From contig NC_045696.1 of NCBI RefSeq assembly GCF_009834535.1, positions 59,212,001 to 59,276,000 of the forward strand: DNA of 64,000 nt, in the 5' to 3' direction. Positions 38,565 through 50,381 of this stretch are shown in pieces. The translations under genes and the position numbers were made by a program. The notes below the pieces were generated by a model. That model worked only from the letters and a program-made list of their open reading frames with translations. It was not told the DNA's origin and did no database searches. This DNA comes from Camelus ferus. Its lineage: Eukaryota. Each line of letters starts with the position of its first letter. Within the stretch, counting starts at the first letter, position 1.

Positions 38565-39552
38565 TTGTTCTTCAGCTTTTTTTTTTTAAGTCCTAACAGT
38601 GAACCTAACCCTAAACTTGCACTTAGCCCTAACCCTGAACCTAGCCCTGATAGTGTATGTAGCCCTGACTCTGAACCTAGCCCTAACCGTGAACATAGCC
38701 CTCACCTTGAACCTAGCCCTAAACCTGAAATTAGCCCTAACTCATCACCTAGCCCTAACCCTGCATATTGCCCTAACCCTGAAACTAGCCTTAACCCTGA
38801 ATCTAGACCTAAATCTGAACCTAGCTCTAACCCTCAACCTAGCCCTAAACCTGAAACTAGCCCTAATCCTGAACATAGTCTTCACCTTGAAACTAACCCT
38901 AATCCTGCACCTAGCCTTAACCCTGGACCTAGCCCTAAACCTGAACTTAGCCATAAGCCTTCTCCTAGCCCTAACTCTGAAACTAGCCCTAACCCTTCAC
39001 CTAGACCTAAACCTGCACCTAGGCCTAACACTGAACTTTGCACTAACCGTGAATGTTTCTTGTCCTAACCCTTAACCTAGCCCTAAACCTGAATCCAGCC
39101 CTAACAATGAACCGAGCTCTAACCCTGAAACTAGCCCTAAACCCGAACCCAGACCTAAACCTGAAACTAGGCCTAAAATGGACCTAGCTAGCCCTGCACC
39201 TAGCCCTAAACTTCAACCTAGCCTTAACCCTGAACCTAGCCCTCAACCTGAACCTAGCCCTAAGCCTGCATGTAGACATAACCCTACAATGGGACCTAAA
39301 CATGCATCTAACCCTAAACCTGAACCAAGCCCTAACCTTGTACCTATCCCTGACCCTGAACCTAGCCCTAAACCTGAACCTACCCCTAACTGTGAACCTA
39401 GTCCTAAACCTCAACATAGCGGTAAACTAGAAACTAGCCCTAACAATGAACCTTGCCCTATCCTTCTTTTTTTTTTTTTTTCTTTTCTCTTTTTGGCATC
39501 ATTTTATTTATTTATTTATTTTAACATTTTTTATTGATTGTTCGTCAGCTTT
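38565..39552 (-). mobile_element. L1-mediated retrotransposed insertion (3' transduction) with a 15-bp TSD
   Basis: TTGTTCTTCAGCTTT (38565-38579) and TTGTTCGTCAGCTTT (39538-39552). T-run at 38577-38587, internal T-run at 39467-39481, and an L1-3'-end-like TTTATTTTAACATTTTTTATTGATT at the right end. Confidence 0.75.
38592..39461. repeat. 18-bp telomere-variant minisatellite/satellite (consensus CCTAGCCCTAACCCTGAA), roughly 48 diverged units
   Basis: Directly visible periodicity built from CCCTAA, CCCTGA and ACCTAG hexamers. Confidence 0.95.
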
Positions 39553-39754
39553 GAGATTTTTTTTGTGTCTTGGTGTGATCTTGCTTTGGTCATTCTCTAA
39601 GCTATAGATCTGAATAGTTTTCCCATTGCTTGGCACTAGCCTTGGTTTCTTTCCAGATAATAGTTTCTGAAGATAACTTTAAGTGTAAAGAATAGTTGAA
39701 GAACCAGGAAGAGCTTACTAGTATTACAGGAAGTTATGATATTATTACTCTAAG

Positions 39755-39925
39755 TCAGGAGTCAGCAAACATTTTTTGTTAAGGCCAGGTAGTGATTATT
39801 TTTGACTTGCAGGCCATATGTCTCTGTCACAACTACTCAGCTCTGCTGTTGTAGCATAGACATTAAGTGAAAGAATGGGCATGGCTGCATTCCAATAAAG
39901 CTTTATTTACAAAATCCCTGCTTTA
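39755..39925. mobile_element. MER58A-like hAT MITE
   Basis: CAGGAGTCAGCAAAC..GCAGGCCATATGTCTCTGTCACAACTACTCAGCTCTGC..AATAAAGCTTTATTTACAAA. Confidence 0.75.
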
Positions 39926-42405
39926 AGTGAACAGCAGGAACACTATTCTCCCTTTCTCTACCGCTCTCTTTCTCTATTTCATTGCCTTCTTATCAGCATC
40001 TTTCTTCCACCTTTGTCTTTATTCCACTCCCATCCTGACCCTTCTGTTTCTCATTCTCTTTTTCACATCTTGATTCCTTTCCTGTCTTGTCCCTTGCTAT
40101 AAGACATATCCACGAGGGATGCTTGGCAGGTCCTCCTAGCCTCTGAGATGGCATCAGAGAGGAAACTTACTCTTCCTCGAGTCCACTTAGTGACACAGAG
40201 AGGCTCCTGGGCTGACTGCATTCTGAGTCTGGTCACTTTTTAAGCACATGTAATTCTTCTTGGGGAGCTTTAGATATACTTTGGTTTATTAGCTGTGGGA
40301 TTTTTTTCTGGCTTCCTTTGGACCTGAATCTCTGAACTGTCGAAAGGAGGCTTTCTCTTAAAATGTCAGTGGAAAATGACATATGTTTGAATGTTCTTTT
40401 GTCTTTCTGAGTTCCCCCCTTCTCTTCAGGATAGGCAAGGCTGACAGAGGCATGGGTGTGGAGTGTATGAGGACAACTTCCTCAGGGTCTGGAGGAAATC
40501 CATCTTACTTTACCTGCTGCAGATTTCCTCATGCAGGCAGGTTTTTTGGCCACCACGTGCTTTCCCCAAAGACAGGATGAGAAGGAATGGGCTGCAGCTG
40601 CAGCAGGAAAGATTAAAAGTAGAGGTCAGGAAGAACTTTGGTTTTGTCACAACTGTATATTAAACCAGGCAAAGACCGGTGATGTTTTGGCGTTCCCTTG
40701 GAATTGTTAAAAGAACAGGACAGATTACTTCCTATGCTCACTCTAAACAGAAAATAGTGTGACAAAGGAAACAGCTTTGTGTTAGAAATTTCCTGTGCAG
40801 TATGGACTGAGGGCTGGGAATCAAGATTTGAGGCCCGAATATCTTCCACCAGCTTCCTCTGTGCAGACCAGTCCTCAGGATGCAGGCTGATCCCTGCAAC
40901 AGGGAAGGCCACTTGCCCTTCCAGTTTCTGCGTGATGCTGATGGTTTTCCAGCTTCAGAGCTTTTTATCCCTCTCTTCTTCTTGTGGCTGTGTCTTTCAA
41001 TTTTGCATAGCTAGCTCCATTTTGAAAAACAAAGTGAAATAAATATTTGGAAACTTGACTATCCTGTCTAAGCTATTGTCTTATTGTCTTTTTTCACTGC
41101 CTGAACTTCATGAACAGATGACTCAGCTCTGCTGCTTCCACTCTCAGTCCACACACTGGCTCCTGTCCTGTCTGCAGTTGGGTTTCGCACTCTGCTTTGC
41201 TCCCCCACCACATACTCTCTCCTAATATCGGGTTCCAGTCTCCTCTATCTTCTCAAAGGTGCCTTGAAATCTATCACTTACCCACACATCCTGTCTCCAT
41301 GCCCCAGGTTTCGTTGGCCCTCACTCATCTGTGGAATCTGCCATTTTTGACTCCTGTCTGCCTCCTGACACCCTCTTGTCTCTCATGTCCATGGCCACCG
41401 TGCTCCTGTCACTTGTCGTCTGTTTTTTCTTTCAGGCCTTGACTACCCTTCTCTACCTCGCCTGGCAAAACCAGTTGACAAGCTGTTGCAGAAATTCAAG
41501 ATTACAGAGCTAGAGCTGGGCTGAGATGGCCCTGGAGGAGAAAGTGGGCAACAGATGACAATTCAAAGGAAAACTTTGGCTTAATGACCATCTAGATGCT
41601 GGAAGTAGAAGAGATGAAGGAGCCAATCAAGTGTCTCAGGGTTCTAGTCTGGGTGAATGGAATAATGAAGTTAGGGAAGTCGGGAAGAGGTGCTGGTTCT
41701 AAGGCGAATTTGATTTGCGTGGAAAGCAGAACATACAAGTGGATAATATGTCTAAAGAGGATAGTTAATGGAAGTGGATAGAAAACCTTTTATCTCATTT
41801 GCTCTAGCTGCTCCAGCCAGCTCCTAGCTCCTTAATCAATATTTCCTGCTCCCACCCCTCCCAGGCTCTGCGCTGACAGTCCTAATTGCCGATTGGACAT
41901 TTACCACCCAAATGCCCATCATCACTTCAGATCTTCAGGTAAGAAGTAATGTGTTACAGGGAAGCAGCATGGAAAGCTGGCCCAGGAGGCAGGAGTTCTA
42001 GGGTCTGCTATGTGACTTTGGGCAAGTCATTTTACTCTGTAGTTTTCTCAATGATGAAATGAGTGGTTAGATTAAGTAATATCCTACTTGATCGCTTTCC
42101 CATCTTTCCCTAGATGGATTTCTCCTCTAGATTTCCTTCTTCTGTTAGTCATGCCACCGTTCCCTCAGTTCCCTGGTGCTGGGAGGTATTTTGAACTCCA
42201 GTTTCCCACCCTTCCCTCTTTCCTGCCCACACCTGCTTCACTCCACATATAAGCCATCAACACATGCTACTGCTTTTCCTTCTCATTGATTTCTATAGCT
42301 TCCCGTTTCCTTCCCACAGCCACACCCTCCTTGAGGTGCCTACCACCACATTCCTTGATTATTTCTGTGAATTCCAAACTCCTCCACAGTCTTCTGGGCG
42401 CATCT

Positions 42406-42516
42406 GCCTTCCTAAACACTTCCATCTACTCTTATGTATCAGGCCTTCCTAAACACTTCCATCTACTCTTATGTATCAGGCCTTCCTAAACACTTCCATC
42501 TACTCTTATGTATCAG
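42406..42516. repeat. Perfect 37-bp tandem repeat, 3 copies
   Basis: GCCTTCCTAAACACTTCCATCTACTCTTATGTATCAG at 42406, 42443 and 42480. Confidence 0.95.
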
Positions 42517-42839
42517 CCTGTCTCCTTCCTCCTTCCGTCTCCAAAGAGGGGTGGATGGAAGGGGGTGTTTGTCAAGATTATTTGAGAGATTTTTTCCTAA
42601 ATACTTGTACCTGAACCTCTCTCCTCCTTCCTCCCCACTAAATTCTTATGCACCATGTGAAAACATTTCCCCTGGTCATGATCCTCTCTCTCTCTTCCGT
42701 TATTGTCAAGAATCCACATTATGAAAATTAAAATATTTATATATGCACTTTATAGTTCATAAAATTCCCAAATAATTCCCTCAAGATAACTGCTATTTCT
42801 TTGTAAGATGTCTAGCGTTACCCTATTCTTTTAAAAATT

Positions 42840-45800
42840 ATTTTAAAAATAGCTTTATTGAGGTATGATTGACATTTGATAAATTGCATGTATTTAAAGA
42901 ACACAATTTTACCAGTTTGACATAAGCATACACCCATGAAATCATTGTCACAATCAAGAACATGTCCGTCCCTTCCAAAGGCTTCCTTGTTCCTCTCCAT
43001 AGTCCTAACTGCTTGCCCCTACTCTCCGAGTCTCCTGCTCCAGACATCTCCAGACAACCAGTGATCTGCTTTTCTATCAGTATAGGTTTGTTTTCTATCA
43101 GTACAGATTACTTTGCATTTTCTATAATTTTATATAAATAGAACAATTTAGTATGGGCTTTTTTTTGACTGTTATTCAATCAGCATAATTATTTTATCCA
43201 TGTACTGTGGGTGTATCAATAATTCATTCTTTTTTATTACTGTGTAGTATTCTGTGTTATGAATATATTGTAATTTGTGTATCTCATCACTTGTTGATGA
43301 ATTTTGGGATTGCTTCCTGTCTTGGGCAATTACAAACAAAGCTGCTTCATAGCATTTGTGTATGAGTCTTTGCACGGATATTTGCTTTTATTTCTCTTGG
43401 GAAAATATCCAGACTGGCTGGGCCATATCATAGGGGCATGTTTGACTATTTAAGAAAATACCAAACTGTTTTCTGAAGTGGTTGTACCATTTTACAATCC
43501 CACCAGAAGTGGAGGAGAATTCCCGCTAGTCCACATCTTCACTGACACTTGATATGAATAAGTCATTTTATTTTACTCTAATAGACTGTGGTATCTCATT
43601 GTAATTTTAATTTGCATTTCTCTAATGCCGAATGATGTTGAGCATCTTCTCCAGTGCTTATTTGCCATCCATACATCTGTAAGGTGAGTTCCTATTCAAA
43701 TCTTTTGCCCAATTTAAAATAATTGGGTTTTCTTGTTTTGAAAGTTTGAGAGTCCTTCATATATTCTGGATATAGCCCTTCATCAGATATGTGACTCTCA
43801 AATATTTTCTCCTGATGACTTGCCTTTTCATTTTCTTACCAATGTCTTTTGAAGAGCAGAGCCTCTTAATTTTGACAAAGCCAAGTTTATCATTTTTTTC
43901 CTTTTAAGGATTATGCTTTTGGTGTCATATATGAGAAATCTTTCCCTACCAAGGTCACAAAGATTTTCTTCAATGTCTACTAGAAATTATATAGTTTTAG
44001 GTACACTTTTAGGTCTGTGATCCATTTTGAGTTAACTTTTGTATATAGTGTGAAATATTGATTCAAATTATCTCTTTTTTGTATATGGATATTGTGATAG
44101 GTACAATAATGCACTTCCCCAAGAATGTCTACATCCCAGTCCCCAGAATCTGCAATTATGTTAGGTTACATAGCAAATTACATGAGAATTAAGGTTTCAG
44201 GTGGAATTAAGGTCGCTAATCAGATGACCTTAAAATAGGGAGATTATCCTAGATTAATCTGGGTGGGCCCAGTATAATCACAAGGGCCCATAAAAGTCGG
44301 AGAGGGAGGCCAAAGAGAGAACTAGAGAGATGACAATGTGTGATGGACTAGGCCTGTAGGTGGTTTTGAAGATGGAGAAAGGAGGGTAAAAGCCAAAAAA
44401 CACAGCTGGCTTCTGGAAGCTGGAAAAAGCAATGAAATGGATTCTCTCCTAGAGCCTCCAGAGAGAACATGGTCCTACTATCAGCTTCATTTTAGCACAG
44501 TGAGAACCATTTTGGACTTTTGACTTCCAGAACTAAGATAATAAAACTTATGTTGTTTTAAGCCACTAAGTTTGTGGTAATTTGTTATAGCAGCCGTAGA
44601 AAACTAATACAGGTTTTTAGTTTTTCAAGCACCAATTGTAAAGACTGTCTTTTTTATACTGAATTCCCTTTGATCTTTGTTGCAAAGCAATTGACAATAT
44701 TGGGGGGAGGGTCCTGTTTCTGGACTCCATTGATCTATTGATCTGTCTTTATACCAGTACCACACTGTCTTGATAACTGTAACTTTAAAATAAGTCTTGA
44801 AATTGGGTAGTGTAAGTCCTCCAACTTTTTCCCTCTTTTTTAATTTGTTTTGGCTTTTCTAGATTCTTTGCATTGAATCAGTTTGTCAATATCTACAAAA
44901 AAACCTTCTGGAATCTTAATTGGGACTGCATCGAATCTGCTGATCAATTAGGAGAAAATAGATGTCAAATATTTTGAGTCTTCTGATCATGACACAGTAT
45001 ATCTCTCCATTTACTTAGGTCTTCTTTCATTTCTTTCAGCAATATATTGTAGTTTACAATGCATGGGTCTTGCATATCTTTTATCAGATTTAGTCTTCAT
45101 ATTTCATATTTTTTAAGCTAATATGGTGATGCTTTTTTAAACTTCCATTTACAATCTTAATTGCTAGTGTATAAAAATACAATTTATTTTTTATATTGAT
45201 CTTACATCCTGAAATCTTGCTAAACACATTATTAGTTGTACTGGCATTTTGATGGATTTTTTAAATAGGCAATCATGTTGTCTATGAATAAAGACAGTTT
45301 TACCTCTTCCTCTTCAATTTGGATGCCTTTAATTTCTTTTTCTTACCTTATTGTACTAGCTAGAACATCCAGTACAATGTTGAACAGAAGTGAGAGTGGA
45401 TATTTTGGCTTTGTTCTGATCTTAGGGAGGAAGCATTTAGTCTTTTGCCATTCAGTATAGTGTTTTTTTGTTGTTGTTGTTGAAGTATAGTCAGTTTACA
45501 ATATTGTGTCAGTTTCTGGTGTATAGCTAATAGTTCAGTCATACATATAAATACATATATTCATTTTCATAGGTTTTTTGTAGATGCCGTTTATTAAGTT
45601 GAGGAAGTTCCTTCAATTCCTAGTTTGCTGAGAGTTTTGATCAGAAATAGACATTGTATTTTGTCAAATGCCTTTCCTGCTTTATTGAAATGATTGTATA
45701 GTTTTTCTTTTTAAATACGGTATATGAATTTTCTATGGATACCATAACAAAGCATCACAAATTAGGTGGCTTAAAAGAACAGAAATTTATTCTGTCCCAG

Positions 45801-47930
45801 TTCTGAGGGCCAGAAGTCTGAAATCAAGGTGTCAGCAGGGCCCTGTTCCCTCTGTGACTCTGGGTGGACTCCTTCCTTGTCCTGTCTTCTGGTGGTAGCC
45901 ATCAATTCTTGGCCTTCCTTGACTCGCAGCTGCATCATTCTAATCTCTGCCTCCGTTGTCTCATGGTGTTTTCTCTGTGTCTCTGTGTTCACATAGAGTT
46001 TTTCTCTTCTTATAAGGACACTCATCACATTGGATTAGGGCTCACCCTAATGACCTTATGCAAACTTGATTTCATCTACAAAGACTTTATTTCCAAATAA
46101 GGTCATGTGCACAGGTACCTCAGATTAGGACTTTAACATCTTTCAGGGGGACACAATTTAATCCACAACATATGGTAAATTACATTGATAGATTTTCTTT
46201 CTTTTTTTTTCTTTGTACTTAAAAAAAAATTGAAGTATAGTTGATTTACGGTGTCATGTTAGCTTCTGGTGTACAGCATAGTGATTCAGTTTTATATATA
46301 TGTTCTTTTTCATTATAGACTATTACAAGCTATTGAATATAGTTCTCTGTGCTATACAGTAGGACCTTGTTGTTTATCTATTTTGTATATAGTAGCTTGT
46401 TACATTGATAGGTTTTCAAATGTTGAATCAATCTTGCAACATTGGTATAAGACCACCCACTTGGTCATGTTATATTACCTGTTTTATATATTATTGGATT
46501 TGATTTGCTAAAATTATATTAAGAATTTTGCATCTATGCTTATGAAGGATGGTGGTCTGTAGTTTTGTTGTTTTCTCTTATATGGTCTTTGTTTAATTTT
46601 GGCATCATAGTAATGTTATAGAAATAGTTGGGAAATATTCTCTCTTTATTTTTTCTGGAAGAGAGTGTATGGAATTGGTATTATCTCATCCTTAAATGTT
46701 TCACAGAATTCACCATTCAAGCCATGTGGGTCTTGAGTTTTCTTTGTGGGAAGCTCTTAAGCTACAAATTTAATTTATTTAATTGATACATGATTATTTA
46801 TCTATTTCTTCTTGAGTGAGCACTAGTAGTAGTTTGTGTCTTTCAAAGAATTTGTCCATTTTATGTAAGTTGTCAAATTTGTTGGCATAAAATTGTTCAT
46901 AATATTCCCTTATTATTCTTTTTACCTATCTATAATGTATAGTGCTGTCACTTCTGACAGATTTCTGACACTAATTTGAGTCTTCTCTCTGTTTCCTTAT
47001 TTCAGTCTGGCTAGAGGCTTATCAATTTTATTGATCTTATCAAAGAAACCACTTTTAGTTTCATTAGTTTTTCTCCTTTGTTTCTGTTATCTATTTCATT
47101 GCTTTCTGCTCAGATCTTTTAAATTTTCTACTCTTCTGCTTTGTATTTCATTTGCTCTTATGGTAGAACAGGAAATTATTGATTTGAGACTTTTTTTTTT
47201 CAAAATAGTTTTTTTGTACTATAAATTTCTAAGTACTGTTTTATCTCTAGTCCATATATTTTTATATGCTATGTTTTCATTTTTATTCACTTAAAAATTC
47301 TATTATCTCCTTTGGGTTCTTAATTGATCACAGGTAATTTAGAAGCACTTCTTTAGTTTTCAGGTGTTTGGGGGATTTTTCGTATATCTGTTGTTGATTT
47401 CTAATTTAATTCCATTGTGCTCAGAGAACACTGTATGATTTAAAAAAAACCTGAGGTATAATTTGCATATCACTTTGCATGATGTTAATCTTCTTATATA
47501 TATCAAAACTTGTTTTATGGCTTAACATATAGTTTATCTTGTGCACTTGATACTTGTGCACTTGAAAAAATGTATATTTGTTGTTATTGAGTGGAGCATT
47601 CTATAAATATCAGTTATGTTGGTTGATAGTATTGTTCAAGTCTTCCCTATCCTTACTGTTGATTTGTTTCCTTGTTAATTATTGAGACAGATGTTAAAAT
47701 CTCTGACTATAATTATTAATTTGCCTGTTTTTCCTTATTTTGTCCTATTAGTTTTGCTTCAAATATTTTGAAACTCTTAGACACAAAAACTTTTAGGATT
47801 GTTAGGTCCAATTGATGAACTGAAATGTCTCTATCTCTCGTAGCAGTCTTTGCTCTGAAATCTTTGATATTAATATAGCTATGTACATTTAAAATCTTAA
47901 TAGAAATTGACAAATTTCCTCTTAAAGTCT
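42840..47930 (-). mobile_element. About 5 kb old LINE-1 with nested MLT1 LTRs (44093-44611; 45721-46170) and younger L1 3' ends
   Basis: Antisense L1 3' end AGCTTTATTGAGGTATGATTG, continuous degraded ORF2 antisense sequence. MLT1 motifs are present, and the second MLT1 has a TACGG/TATGG 5-bp TSD. Confidence 0.85.
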
Positions 47931-50069
47931 GAGTCATTTCATAAGGTTTCCCCCATTCTGGTCCACACCTGTTGAGAATTTGATATGAACCTTTCTCTAA
48001 ACTTGCAATATTTCTTCTGAATTTGGGATGAGCTAATGCTCTTGCCAGGCCTCTTGTTCTTTATGTGCACAATAGTGGCGGTTAATAGCGACTCTGTCTT
48101 CATGTGCACGTGTGGGAGTGCAGGGCAGGGTTTAGGCGTAGGGTTAAGGAGAAGGCAAAATTTAGAAAGGACAAATGAAAAATACTTTCATTGTCAGAGG
48201 AGGTGGTAAATAAGGGGCATCTGGCTGCTTTAAGGCAGTTGAAGCTATCAGACCAGATGAATTAGATCTCATGGCAGTGAACTTTGGATGTCAGAGTCTC
48301 TATTCATAATTTTTAAGAAATGAGGTCTGATAGATGTACCCAAGACTGAGGACAGACAACTGTACTTATTTTTCCATTGGTTAAAAAAAAATTGTGACAT
48401 TCAGTAAAGAAAGTAAGGAGTACAGGGAACCAGAAAGGGTTCACTAAAAACTTATTTACTTCATCATATTTGCTGTTAGATCTGGAAAGGTCCCAGTTGC
48501 TTTGACTGGAAACAGGTGGAACCAAGTAGGTTACCAGAGACAAATAGATCCAGGAGATTCTAGCTGGTGGGTACCCATGTCATCAACTTTACACTAAGAC
48601 CTGGTTTTCCTATTAGCCATGTTTTAACACATTAGGTGAGGCCACAGCCTCTCCATCTGTCTGGATGAGGCAGCAGCAACAGTCCTCAACACACCACGTT
48701 AAGTGCTCATGTCTAAAGAGCCTCTGTTTTGTAGGCTCGCAGTCACTGGGACTATAAACAGAATACTGGCTAATTATTGTTTAATTATTGCTTAAAAACC
48801 AATTGGCACAATACAATCACTGCATTAATTACCCCATACAGCATCTGCTTTCTTTTTAGAGGTCTTCCCCATTCCTCCCCATCCCCTCTCCCCACTTTAA
48901 TTGAAATTCAGCTTGCTGTAACACCTCCTTTCTCCTGGCCAACTGGATCTCTCCATTCACACGAGGGAGAAGAACAAAACAGAGCAGCCCCTGGAGATTA
49001 GGGAGTTTTGACAGCTGTCCAAGAGGAGCGCTGAGATACGGGCCAAGTACCGAGGCAGGGCAGAGACAAATGAAAGACAGAAGAGAGTGAGGGAGGGAGG
49101 GAAAGATAGGCAGGGACACACCGCAAGAGGAATGACCTGGCGGTGTCACAGAGACAGGCAGAAATGTTTAAAGGGGCGCTGAAAAGGGTAAAAAGAAAAA
49201 AGCTTAAGAAAGAGAGAAACTAAGGTGAGTTGGTGAGGAAAATGCGAATGGCTCCGGAGAGGCCGGAGACAGGACAGACCTTGTCGCGAAGGAGGGGGAA
49301 AAAGTCCAGCCTCTAGGGACAGATCAGTCCAGCTCGGGGACAGGCAATTTGGGGGGGCGGGGGCGCACACACCTGGGAGTAGGGTGGGTGGAGGAGACGG
49401 CCACCAGGCCGCGAGCACCGGCAGCGCGAGGGGCGAGGCTGAGCGCGCGGGGCTGGGGCGTAGAGCCCTCTCGGCGAGCCCGGCGTGCGCCCAGCAGCCC
49501 GGGACTCGCCCGGCGGCCCCGCCCCCTCCCCGGCCGCCTCCTTCGCCGGGGCTTTTCCTGCGGGGTTCAGGAAGCCGGCCTAGCGTAACCGCGAACAATA
49601 GCTCGGGGCCCGAGCTTGGCTCCCGGAGAGACCGGCGCGGGGCGGCGCGGGAGAGAGGCGTCCGCGCCGCCGGGGGCTCTCGGCGAGCCCCCGGCCCGGG
49701 CCGGAGCTTCTGTTGAGCTCAGCGCTGCCCGGGTCATTGTTGGCCGGGACTGAGGAGCGGGAGCCGTGGGAGGAGCTGCGAGGCGGCGGCGCTGGCGGAG
49801 CCAGAGGGGGAGCTAGAGAGCGAGCGAGGGAGGGAGGCAGGGAGCGAGCGGGCGAGCGAGCGAGGGAGGGAGGAGGTAGAGAGACAGGGAGGGTGGGAGG
49901 GAGGAGGAAAAATAAAGAGGAGAGCCGAGCAGGGCTGAACAATAGAGACAGGCAGACGGGCGAGGAGGAGAGCCAGCTGCTTCTTCTAGGGGAGAGCGGG
50001 CGCCCAGGCAGCCCAGACCCCGGCCCCGGCCAGACCGCAGGCGGCCAGCGCCCCGGGGGAAGGGGGACC

Positions 50070-50120
50070 ATGGGGGAGCCAACGGCAGGCGCCCCCAGCC
50101 CGTCTCGCGCCTCCGCCTGA
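50070..50120 (+). other. Upstream ORF in the KALRN 5' leader (MGEPTAGAPSPSRASA*)
   Basis: ACCATGG Kozak context at 50070, TGA at 50118-50120, ending 188 nt before the main ATG. Confidence 0.5.
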
Positions 50121-50308
50121 GGTAGCCTCGGCGTCCTCTGCCCCAGCCCCGCCGCCCCGGCCGCCCGCCCTCGAAGCCCGGTGTCCGCCGGGTTTGCGGC
50201 CGCGGCCGCGGCCGCTGCGTCCCGCGCCCTCCGCCCACCAGGCGCCAAGCAGCCCTTGGCCCCAGGCTTCGCCAGCCCCCGGCTGCCCGCGGACGCCCTC
50301 CCCCAGTC

Positions 50309-50381
50309 ATGAACCCCCCGGAGGGGGCAGCGGAGGAAGGAGGAGCCGCCGACTCGGACGTGGACGCCTTTTTCCGGACAG
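50309..50381 (+). CDS. KALRN: Kalirin RhoGEF kinase, alternative first coding exon (Ex1B-type N-terminus), 24 codons plus a phase-1 donor
   Basis: ATG at 50309 encodes MNPPEGAAEEGGAADSDVDAFFRT, which I recognise as the Kalirin b-isoform N-terminus preceding GSFRNDG. The strong donor CAG|GTAAGC at 50381/50382 splits the Gly codon. The exon lies inside a CpG island. Confidence 0.92.

Noticed and set aside
38592..39461. CRISPR array or true telomere/fusion site
   Set aside because: There are no unique spacers and the context is eukaryotic. The array has a single orientation with TSD and poly(A), not head-to-head pure TTAGGG.
38559..39537. ORFs with PEPSPN, LNLALT and RFRARV periodicity
   Set aside because: These are translations of the 18-bp repeat (unit length divisible by 3), with no coding evidence.
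47538..47566. Small tandem duplications inside L1 (CTTGTGCACTTGA x2; similar ones at about 26055 and 43070)
   Set aside because: Ordinary slippage events in neutral repeats.
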